From positions 3,530 to 67,529 of the forward strand of contig CANRCF010000003.1 in the NCBI GenBank assembly GCA_947629045.1: 64,000 bases of DNA. Direction: 5' to 3'. Position numbers and translations under genes: made by a program. The notes beneath the pieces were generated by a model. It did not search any database. It saw nothing but the letters and a program-made list of their open reading frames with translations, and had not been told where the DNA came from. Below, in pieces: positions 11,077 through 20,395 of the stretch. Within the stretch, counting starts at the first letter, position 1, and the number at the start of each line of letters is the position of its first letter. This DNA comes from an uncultured Clostridia bacterium (GTDB lineage: Bacteria > Bacillota > Clostridia > TANB77 > CAG-508).

Positions 11077-11502
11077 TTAACCCCTCCAACCTTTTACAAC
11101 GATTGCAAAAATTAATGGTAATACTTGGCAAATTACCATTACAGTTATAATGGCAACTAATACACCAAAGCCTTTATCTTGTACGTCTAACCTTCTAATT
11201 CCAATTACATAACGATAAATTGCTGCAATAACAATTCCTATAAATCCGAATGGAATACTATATATTCTAATAATGTTTAAGGCATATGCTGCAAAACCAT
11301 ATGTATCGTCACCATATTCTCTTTTATAATCTTCTAAACTACTTAATGCTTTGTCTTTTAATTCTACTAAGCTTGTACTTGCTGTACTGCTTGATGTTAA
11401 TGTATTATTAGTTACTTCTTGAGATGCATTTGTAGTATTATATATAGTTATAGTGCAAAATATTATTAAAAATATAGATACAAATGCTATTACTTTTTTC
11501 AT
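11077..11502 (-). CDS. Hypothetical membrane protein (signal peptide plus 2 TM)
   Basis: 141-aa ORF directly upstream of the ATPase gene. Confidence 0.7.
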   Translation of the reverse strand: MKKVIAFVSIFLIIFCTITIYNTTNASQEVTNNTLTSSSTASTSLVELKDKALSSLEDYKREYGDDTYGFAAYALNIIRIYSIPFGFIGIVIAAIYRYVIGIRRLDVQDKGFGVLVAIITVMVICQVLPLIFAIVVKGWRG

Positions 11503-11663
11503 GAATTTTTTGCCCCTTCCTTATTTCATCTATTATACACTTTTTCACTTTCTATATCATACAATAAACATTAAAAAATAGCAAGAAAAAAATATATTTT
11601 TTTTACTTTTTATAGCTAAAGTTTTTATAAAAATATTTTTATTATTAATTTTATAGTTACTTT

Positions 11664-11825
11664 AAGCTAAAAATACAATAGTTTTTTGCACCTTGTTGTC
11701 GCAACCTTTTATTAAAAAAATTGTATAAATACAATTTTTTAATATATGTTGGTTGCTCCAAGCGCACTTCACTTCGTTTCGTTTGAACGCTACGCGGTGC
11801 TTTCAAACTATTGTATTTTTAGCTT
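11664..11825. repeat. Structured intergenic repeat, copy A (reverse orientation)
   Basis: 21-bp perfect terminal inverted repeat AAGCTAAAAATACAATAGTTT; core TTGCACCTTGTTGTCGCA...GCTCCAAGCGC...GCGGTGCT shared with 30080 and 46013. Confidence 0.8.
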
Positions 11826-11849
11826 TATTAATTACAAATTATTTAATAA

Positions 11850-14800
11850 CTAACATTCTTCAACTCTTGCATTTTCTTGTCCGACTAGCTCTTGAAATTG
11901 TGTCAAGATCTCAGAATTTAAATATATTCCTCCTCGTACTAAGTCTTTCTTTTCTCCATTTACGATTTGCATTTGAATATTGTTTTTTTCTCCTTTAAAG
12001 AAGTAAATTGCGCCTTTTAGTTTTTCTCTTGTTAATTCATCTAAATTGGTTATATCTAAAGTAAAAATTTTCTTTTTAATTTCTTTTAAATTATTTGTAT
12101 TTTCTGTGCTATTTATTCCATTTTTTATATCTGTAAATTCTTTTATAGTTTTAGCTACAATTTTTGGTTCTTCATCTTCTCTAATGCTTAATCGTCCTTC
12201 TACTAAAACTATATTGTCATTTAGGAGAGCATTAGCACATGTTTGGTAACAACTTTCAAACACTATAATTTCTGCAGAGCCATACAAGTCATCCACTGTA
12301 ACAAATGCCATTAGCTTATTATTTTTTGTATATTTCTTTTTAATTGATGAAATAATTCCTGCATATGTAACATTTTGTCCATCCTGCATACCTAACACTT
12401 TTGCTCTTTGCTCCAATTCTGGAACGTTGTCGTTTTCTTCATCACTTGAAGTTTCATTTAATTGCCTTAAAATCATTGTGTTTATATTTGTTCTTTTTTC
12501 AATTTGCTCCCTTATATTTTCTAGTGGATGGCCTGAAATATACAAGCCTAACATTTCTTTTTCCATGCTAAGCATTTCTTTTTGAGTATATTCTGGTAAG
12601 ACTGTATATTGATATTTCATCTCTTCAATTTCTGGTGCTTTTCCGCCTAAATCAAACATGCTTACTTGTCCATCAAAACTCTTTTTATTACTATCGTTAA
12701 TCATATCTATAATAATTTCAAATGAAGCCATTAAAGTTTTTCTAGTTTGACCTAAGCTATCAAATGCACCTGCTTTTATTAAACTTTCTACACATTTTTT
12801 ATTTACTTGTGCGTCTTTTATTCTTTCACAAAAATCGCTAAAATCTTTAAACTCCCCGCCCTTATTTCTTATGCTAACAATTTCGTCTACTGCTGATGTT
12901 CCTACATTTTTAATGCTTCCTAGTCCAAAGCGAATTTGATTTTTATCAACTGTAAATTTAGTATCGCTTTTATTTATGTCAGGTTTTAAGATTTCAATTC
13001 CAAGCCTTTTACATTCTTCAATATAGCCCGGAACTTTATCAAGATTTCCTAAAAAGCTATTTAACATTGCTGCCATAAATTCTGCTGGATAATATGCTTT
13101 TAAATATGCAGTTTGATATGATACTACTGCATAAGCTGCTGCATGTGATTTATTAAATGCATATTTTGCAAACTCTGCCATTTCATCAAATATTCTATTT
13201 GCAGATGCTTCATCTATTCCATTTCTTACACAGCCAGGAACTACTATATTGCCATTTTCATCTTCTTGACCATGTATAAAAATTTCTCTTTCCTTTGCCA
13301 TTACGTCTAGCTTTTTCTTACCCATTGCTCTTCTTACTAAGTCGGCCCTTCCTAATGAGTAACCTGCTAAATCTCTTACTATTTGCATAACCTGCTCTTG
13401 ATAAACCATACAACCATAAGTAACTTTTAAAATTGGTTTTAATGCTGGGTGTGTGTAAATTGCGTGTTCTGGGTCTTTTTTGTTTGCAATATATCTTGGA
13501 ATTTGGTCCATTGGTCCGGGACGATATAGTGAAACACCAGCTATAATATCTTCTAGGCAGTCTGGTTTAAGCTCTTTCATAAAGTTTGTCATACCTTGAC
13601 TTTCAAATTGAAAAATTCCAACAGATTCTCCATTTTGCCATAATTTATATACTTTTGGATCATTCATTGCTTCATCAAATTTTACATCTATTCCTTGATT
13701 TTGCTTTACTAAATCAATTGTATCTTTTATAACAGTTAATGTACGAAGACCTAGAAAGTCCATTTTTAGAAGTCCTAGTTCTTCTAAGGTTGTCATTATA
13801 TATTGTGTAGAAATTGCACCATCTCTTACATAAAGTGGAACATAGTTTACAACTGGCTCTTTTGTGATAACAATACCACAAGCGTGTGTTGATGCCTGTC
13901 TTGGCATACCTTCTAATGCCATTGCAATATCTAATAATTTTTTTATATCTTCACTTCCGTCATAAAGCTCTTTTAGTTCTCTATTTTGTTCCATAGCTTT
14001 TTTGATAGTTATATGTATTTCATTTGGTATCATTTTAGCTAGTTTATCAGCCTCTGCATAAGGCAAATCTAGCACCCTTGCAACATCACGAATTACCATT
14101 CTTGCAGACATAGTACCAAATGTAATAATTTGTGATACATGGTCTTTTCCATATTTTGACTCTACATATTCTATAACTTTATCTCTTTTTTCATAGCAAA
14201 AGTCAACGTCAAAATCAGGCATACTAATTCTTTCAGGATTTAAGAAACGCTCGAAGATAAGTCCATATTTTATTGGGTCAATATCTGTTATTCCTATACT
14301 ATATGCTACAATAGAGCCTGCTCCTGAGCCACGCCCCGGTCCTACTGGAATATCATGTGTTTTTGCATAATGAATATAATCCCACACTATTAAGAAATAA
14401 TCTACATAGCCCATTTTTTGAATTACACTTAATTCGTATTTTGCTCTTTCTAGAATTTCTTGTGGAATTGTTTCGTTGTTTTCTTCTGTATTTTCATCGT
14501 TTGTTTTTACTTCAATAGCTTTTTCGCCGTCTTCTTCGTCTTGCAAATTGTAGCCTTTTCCATATCTTTGCTTTAACCCATCCATTGTAAGTTTTTCTAA
14601 ATAATCGTAATGAGTTTCAAATTCTTCAGGAACATCATAATTTGGAAGTATTGTATGTCCAAATTCAAATTCCACATTACATTTTTCTGCAATTTTTACT
14701 GTATTTTCAATAGCATCTGGAACATTTCTAAAATAATCAGACATTTCTTCTGGTGATTTTACATATAGCTCGTCTGTTTCAAAACGCATTCTATCTGCAT

Positions 14801-15491
14801 CTGACATACGTTTTCCTGTTTGAATACATAAAAGCACTTCATGATTATATGCATCTTCTCTTTTTAAATAGTGAGCATCATTTGTTGCAACCAAAGGTAT
14901 GTCTAACTCTCTAGATAGTTGTATTAGCTTTTGGTTTGCTAATACTTGCTCTTTAATTCCGTTATTTTGAATTTCTAAATAATAATCGTCTCCAAATAAA
15001 TTCTTAAACCACAAGGCTACTTCTTTTGCTTTTTCCATGTCATTTGCAAGTATTGCTTGATTTACTTCTCCTGCAAGGCAAGCACTACAACATACCAAGC
15101 CTTCATGATACTCTTCTAATACTTCATGATCTATACGAGGCTTATAATAAAAGCCTTCTGTGTAACCTATTGAAACTAATTTTGCCAAATTTTTATAACC
15201 ATCATTATCTTTTGCAAGTAAAATTAGATGGCTGTACTTTCCATCTATATTAGGGTCTTTATCAAATCTAGAACGGGGTGCCACATAAACCTCGCAACCA
15301 ATAATTGGCTTTATACCATTTGCTTTACAAGCTTTATAAAAATCTATTGCACCAAACATAGCTCCATGGTCTGTGATAGCCATTGCATCCATTCCAAGTT
15401 CTTTTGCACGAAATGGCAAATCTTTTATTCTATTTGCTCCATCAAGCAAACTAAATTCGCTATGTATGTGTAAGTGTACAAAATTTGACAT
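11850..15491 (-). CDS. dnaE: DNA polymerase III alpha subunit
   Basis: PHP domain HLHIHSEFSLLDG, GPGRGSGAGS, SMPDFDVDF, YAFNKSHAAAY. Confidence 0.98.
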   Translation of the reverse strand: MSNFVHLHIHSEFSLLDGANRIKDLPFRAKELGMDAMAITDHGAMFGAIDFYKACKANGIKPIIGCEVYVAPRSRFDKDPNIDGKYSHLILLAKDNDGYKNLAKLVSIGYTEGFYYKPRIDHEVLEEYHEGLVCCSACLAGEVNQAILANDMEKAKEVALWFKNLFGDDYYLEIQNNGIKEQVLANQKLIQLSRELDIPLVATNDAHYLKREDAYNHEVLLCIQTGKRMSDADRMRFETDELYVKSPEEMSDYFRNVPDAIENTVKIAEKCNVEFEFGHTILPNYDVPEEFETHYDYLEKLTMDGLKQRYGKGYNLQDEEDGEKAIEVKTNDENTEENNETIPQEILERAKYELSVIQKMGYVDYFLIVWDYIHYAKTHDIPVGPGRGSGAGSIVAYSIGITDIDPIKYGLIFERFLNPERISMPDFDVDFCYEKRDKVIEYVESKYGKDHVSQIITFGTMSARMVIRDVARVLDLPYAEADKLAKMIPNEIHITIKKAMEQNRELKELYDGSEDIKKLLDIAMALEGMPRQASTHACGIVITKEPVVNYVPLYVRDGAISTQYIMTTLEELGLLKMDFLGLRTLTVIKDTIDLVKQNQGIDVKFDEAMNDPKVYKLWQNGESVGIFQFESQGMTNFMKELKPDCLEDIIAGVSLYRPGPMDQIPRYIANKKDPEHAIYTHPALKPILKVTYGCMVYQEQVMQIVRDLAGYSLGRADLVRRAMGKKKLDVMAKEREIFIHGQEDENGNIVVPGCVRNGIDEASANRIFDEMAEFAKYAFNKSHAAAYAVVSYQTAYLKAYYPAEFMAAMLNSFLGNLDKVPGYIEECKRLGIEILKPDINKSDTKFTVDKNQIRFGLGSIKNVGTSAVDEIVSIRNKGGEFKDFSDFCERIKDAQVNKKCVESLIKAGAFDSLGQTRKTLMASFEIIIDMINDSNKKSFDGQVSMFDLGGKAPEIEEMKYQYTVLPEYTQKEMLSMEKEMLGLYISGHPLENIREQIEKRTNINTMILRQLNETSSDEENDNVPELEQRAKVLGMQDGQNVTYAGIISSIKKKYTKNNKLMAFVTVDDLYGSAEIIVFESCYQTCANALLNDNIVLVEGRLSIREDEEPKIVAKTIKEFTDIKNGINSTENTNNLKEIKKKIFTLDITNLDELTREKLKGAIYFFKGEKNNIQMQIVNGEKKDLVRGGIYLNSEILTQFQELVGQENARVEEC

Positions 15492-15666
15492 TTTTAGGTT
15501 CCTTTCTAATTGTTTTATATTTTTTACTTTGCATAATTATATTACATTTCATAAAAAAAGAAAAGGGGGAATTTTTCTTTTACTCCTTTTCTTTTTTATT
15601 ATAATGGGTCAAATTCACTATATTATAAAGTCTCATTTTAAATAAAATTTATTATATATTAAAGTT

Positions 15667-17171
15667 TTAATTGATATACAATACTGTACGAAACGCAAGA
15701 TCACATTCAACATAACTAACTAGATTTTCGCCATCGCGATATGATGCTGAATGTGCCATCGATCCCATCCCACCACCTCGGGTAACACAATAAGTTGCTT
15801 TCGGCTGTGTTACTTCGTTTGATTTGTCTTTATATTCCCTTATCTCCGTAGTCCACTCCCACATATTTCCTGCAAAATCATATATATTTTTTGCTTTGTT
15901 TCTATCTATCTTTTCTCCATTTTCATCCACAACTGATATCCCTGTTGCTACTTCATAATAGACATTGTTTTTATTCTCTGGGATTAAAAAAGTATCATTT
16001 TCGTTTGTTTCATCATTACCATATTTTGTTGCATATACCCATTTATTATTCCAAGTATGCCTTGCGTATAATCCTTTTATCGTATAACTTGAATTTGAAT
16101 AATTTCCCCATGATGTACTATCCATTACATTAATTTTGCTATTACTTAGCCATGTACATATTGTATCCCATGCATATGAATCTATTAATCTGCTTGCTAC
16201 TGATGCATTATTTGTGTACATATTTTCCGATAATTCCTTTGCTTTTTCTTGACTTACAAAGTTCCATGCCTGTTTTCCTCTTTTGGTTACAGGTTTTTTA
16301 TCAGCTGCACTAGCATTTTGTGAATTTCTTTCATATGTGTCTCCATTTTTATAATCTTTATTTATTCCTGCTTCGTATCTTCCTACATAAAACCCTCCGT
16401 ATTTTTCTACACTTTCTTTTCTAAAAGTAATTTCTTCTTCATCCCACCAATCTGTATAATCATTATATAAATTTTCATTTTCTTTCCATGTCTCTTTATC
16501 TTGTTTATATTCTAAACTTACACCATCTGCTGGTACCCATACGAATTGATTGCAATCTTGTTGTATATCTAGTATTCCATCTTCATCTATGTCTTTTTTC
16601 CAATCTAAATTTTCTTCTTCTGGAATTTCATATATTACAAATCCATCTTTTATCGTATTTTCTCCATCCAATTCAGAACCTACAAATCCTTTTGGTACTG
16701 GCACTATTCCACCATCTTTAGTTGTTACTGCTGTTACTTTTGACGCATCCCAACTTAATGATTTAATATAATTTGTTGCATTTCCTATGTTTTCTTTATC
16801 TCCCTGTACTGCCTCATTTGTCTTTTCTCCTGCTTCTTTTGCTAACTGCAATATTCCATTATCTCCAAATACAACCGTTATACTTACCGATGCTAAAATC
16901 AAAAGCACTACAATTGTTACTACTAAGGCTATTAGTGTTATTCCTGATACTGCATTTAATATACTTTTCATGCTATAATTTTTTCTAATACTTTGCATTT
17001 TTAGTATATTGCTTGCATTATCATTTACACTTCTGCCTTGTCTAACTTTTGTAGTGCATATAAATAACGGTCTATTTAAGCTATATAAACCTTTCCTTTC
17101 TTCTACTTTTACTAAATTACGGCTCTCTCTCTCTCTCTCTCTCTAGAGCCACAAGCGTTTTTACTTTTCAT
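15667..17171 (-). CDS. Type IV pilin-like protein with C-terminal FGE-sulfatase/C-type-lectin-fold domain; upstream start (17171) out of frame at an (AG)11 tract
   Basis: GITLIALVVTIVVLLILASVSI; FVWVP, YGGFYVGRYEAG, NIYDFAGNMWEWT, RGG...FRTVLY. ORF track 15667..16998; AAGGAGG RBS with ATG at 17171. Confidence 0.75.
17123..17144. repeat. (CT)11/(AG)11 simple sequence repeat inside the pilin 5' coding region
   Basis: Directly visible GG-(CT)11-AGAGCC. Confidence 0.95.
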
Positions 17172-17501
17172 CTGTTTTTCCTCCTTCATTTTAGATAATA
17201 CTTTATAATTTTTATATAGTTACTTTCATAACTTCAATTACTTCATATTATCTATTTGTTTCTCTATTTTTCTTCTTTTAGTATTATGAGTGTTATTGCA
17301 TTATTCTATTCATAGATTATAACTTTTTTACACTCATATGTATAATAATTTTATACTATAACTAAATTTAATTGTCAATAAAAATTCTCAAAAATATACA
17401 AGCATTTTATTTCACTTCTATTGTAATAATATATTTTTATTTACAAGCATAAAATGAGGCATTTATAATTTGCCTCATTTATTTTTTATATTAAATATTA
17501 A

Positions 17502-18360
17502 TTATTTTAATATTTCTTCTTTTGTTAATCCAGTAACTTTAATAATAGTTTCTATATTTATTCCTTCTTCTAGCATTTTCTTTGCATCTTCTAATTTTGC
17601 TTGTTTAATTCCGTTCTTCTTTTGCATGCTCTTTTAGGCTCATTTCGTCCATTTTTCTTAACATTCTTTGATCATATAACCATCTTTCTTCATAACTCAT
17701 ACTCATTCTTTCTAGTACTTCTGATGCTTCTTTTACTTTTTCATTTTCTTCCTTCGCCATTTCTACTTTTCCCCCTTCTTCTCCACATATAAGCCATAAC
17801 CACTGTTCTAGTTTTGTTTTTACCCCTGGATTTTTCTTTATAAACTTTGGTAATTCTATGTAATGTACTTCTAAATCTTCTGTTACATATTCATCCTCTT
17901 TGTCATATTCCATATCTACATATTTTTCTTTATCATCTTTTTCAAATTTTATTCTTGCTATTGAATGGTATGCATTTCTTTTGAAAAAGTTAAAGTTTAA
18001 TATGTTTATTGATATTGTTTTTAGTGGTTTTTCGTATGCATCTCCTACTTTTAGTTGGTCTGAATACATTTTTGTTAAATAACCTATTGACCTTCTGTCT
18101 ATATCATAATAGTTTCTTACTTGTACTTCTATATCTATTATACTATTATTATTTACTTTTGCTCTTATATCTAATACTTCTCTCTTTGCTTCTTTACTTT
18201 CTTTTGTCATTTCTGGATTTTTTATTTCTATTTCTTTTATTTCTATATTTAATATTGCTGATAGCAAGTCTTTTAATAAATCTTCTTCTCCATCTTTTGT
18301 AAATACTCTTTTAAATACATAATCATTTGTTAGTGGTAATAATTCTACTTTTTGTTCCAT
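17502..18360 (-). CDS. Rpn family recombination-promoting nuclease / PD-(D/E)XK putative transposase; C-terminus restored by a +1 shift at CGG (17611-17613)
   Basis: NDYVFKRVF, LDIRAK, IDIEVQ, HYIELPKF, LEQWLWLI; after the shift GIKQAKLEDAKKMLEEGINIETIIKVTGLTKEEILK*, the typical Rpn tail. Confidence 0.88.
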
Positions 18361-18703
18361 TAACTTTTTCCTTTCTTTATTTTACCATATTAGTTCTTAC
18401 TTTATCAACACTATTGGTAAAATTTGTTTTATAGTTTTAAGCAAAAGTGCTAACTATTCTATTACCACCTCCTATTCTTTTTTTGTTTTCTTCTCTTCTT
18501 TTTACCTTTTGGAAATTTTTAGTTTAATAGATTTTTAAATGATTTAAAAATATTTAGAAAAGTTATTTAAAATATTTTTGAAATAAAAAATATAAAGAAA
18601 GAACTTTTGCTTAAGTAACCTTCTTTATATCACATTTTTAGCTATTTTTCAAGCATTTTCGTTCGTCAAACTTCGAGCAAATTCGACATATAAAAATTTA
18701 TGT

Positions 18704-20143
18704 CTACTTTTCTCCTAAAATTCTTGCCATTTGTACACCTGATGCAGATGCCATCATTAAGCCCCTTGTCATACCTCCACCATCTCCAATAGAATATAAG
18801 CCTTTAACACTACTTTCAAAGTTGTTATCTATTACTACTTGATTACTATAAAATTTAATTTCTGGTGCATATAGTAAGTTATCTGGGTCAGCAAAGCCCT
18901 CTACTACTTTATCCATACTACGAATAAAGTTTAAAATGTCAGTCATTGTACGATAACCTATTGCATAAGTTATATCTCCCGGTACTGCTGATTTTAGAGT
19001 TGGTTCAACACTATTTTTACTAAGCTCTTGTTCCCATGTTCTTTTTCCACGATAAATGTCTCCTAACCTTTGCACTAAAATATTTCCTGCACCTAATTCA
19101 TTCAAGTTTTTAGCTACATTTCTACCATAATCAATTGGTTTGTTAAATGGATATGTAAAATGATGCGATACTAAAATTGCTAAATTTGTATTTGTGCTTT
19201 TCTTCTCTTTGTATGAATGTCCATTTACTAAACTTAGGTTATTATCATACACTTCTGATGCAACAAATCCACTTGGGTTTTGACAGAAGGTTCTTACTTT
19301 ATCTTTAAATGGAGCTGGATTTCCTATGAATTTTCCTTCATACATATATGTATTTATATCTTTCATAATTTCGTCTGGAAGCTCATAGCGTACACCAATA
19401 TCTACTATTCCTGCTTTAGTTTTTATTTGGTGCCTATCACACATTTTAACAAGCCAGTTTGCTCCTTTTCTTCCTACTGCTAATACAACATTGTCTGCAT
19501 AAATTTCTTCTAACTCAGCTTCTTCGTTTAAAACTTGGCTTGCAGGCTTTACCTTTACACCTTTAATTTCATTTTTTTCTATAATTAAGTCGTCTACTAT
19601 TGTTTGATATCTCATTTCAATATTATGCTCTTGTAGGTAATCTTCTAGTCTTTTATATAGCTCATGTGCTTTTTCTGTACCCAAATGACGAATTGGAATG
19701 TTTATTAAAGTAATTCCTTCTTTTTTAGCTTTATCATATATTTTCTTAATTTTTTGTTTATGCTCTGTTCCCTCTAATTTAGTGTCTGCTCCAAAACTTA
19801 AATAAATTTTATCTGTATAGTCAATTAGTTCTTTTGTTTTTGGAACGCCTACATATTCATGCAAAATTCCACCTATGTATATGTCGTCATCTTCTTTATT
19901 ATATAATGATAATTTTCCGTCTGAAAAGGCTCCTGCTCCTGAAAATCCACTTGTAATATTGCAAAACGGCTTACATTTAATGCAGTTTCCAGTTTTATAT
20001 ATTGGACAATATCTATCTTCTACCTTTTTTCCTTGTTCAATTAGCAAAACTTTTTTGTTTTTGTTTAGTTTAATTAGTTCATAAGCCATAAATATCGAGC
20101 TAGGTCCCATTCCTACTACAATAATATCGTACTTTTCCTTCAT
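18704..20143 (-). CDS. FAD-dependent oxidoreductase (HI0933-like / NAD(FAD)-utilizing dehydrogenase)
   Basis: IIVVGMGPSS, GFSGAGAFSDGKL, VRTFCQNPSG, GDGGGMTRGL; likely start MKEKYD. Confidence 0.85.
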   Translation of the reverse strand: MKEKYDIIVVGMGPSSIFMAYELIKLNKNKKVLLIEQGKKVEDRYCPIYKTGNCIKCKPFCNITSGFSGAGAFSDGKLSLYNKEDDDIYIGGILHEYVGVPKTKELIDYTDKIYLSFGADTKLEGTEHKQKIKKIYDKAKKEGITLINIPIRHLGTEKAHELYKRLEDYLQEHNIEMRYQTIVDDLIIEKNEIKGVKVKPASQVLNEEAELEEIYADNVVLAVGRKGANWLVKMCDRHQIKTKAGIVDIGVRYELPDEIMKDINTYMYEGKFIGNPAPFKDKVRTFCQNPSGFVASEVYDNNLSLVNGHSYKEKKSTNTNLAILVSHHFTYPFNKPIDYGRNVAKNLNELGAGNILVQRLGDIYRGKRTWEQELSKNSVEPTLKSAVPGDITYAIGYRTMTDILNFIRSMDKVVEGFADPDNLLYAPEIKFYSNQVVIDNNFESSVKGLYSIGDGGGMTRGLMMASASGVQMARILGEK

Positions 20144-20195
20144 ATTTTTATACTTTCCTTTCATACTTTTTGAGCAAGCTTTATTAAGTACACTG

Positions 20196-20351
20196 TTAGA
20201 AGCCATATTTGGATTTTAACTCCTTAATTACTTCTACAGCTTTTCTCGTTTTACCATCTTCAATATCTTTTTCTGATTTTAAAAGACATCTTACTGTATG
20301 TTCATCAAAAATAGCATTTTTTGTTTCTTCAACATATTTTATTTGTTGCAT
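20196..20351 (-). CDS. 51-aa small protein resembling an antitoxin C-terminus
   Basis: AAAGGAG RBS then MQQIKYVEETKNAIFDEHTVRCLLKSEKDIEDGKTRKAVEVIKELKSKYGF*; below the ORF-track length cutoff. Confidence 0.55.
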   Translation of the reverse strand: MQQIKYVEETKNAIFDEHTVRCLLKSEKDIEDGKTRKAVEVIKELKSKYGF

Positions 20352-20395
20352 AACTACAATTTTCTCCTTTCAAATAAAGCATACCTTTTGTTCCA

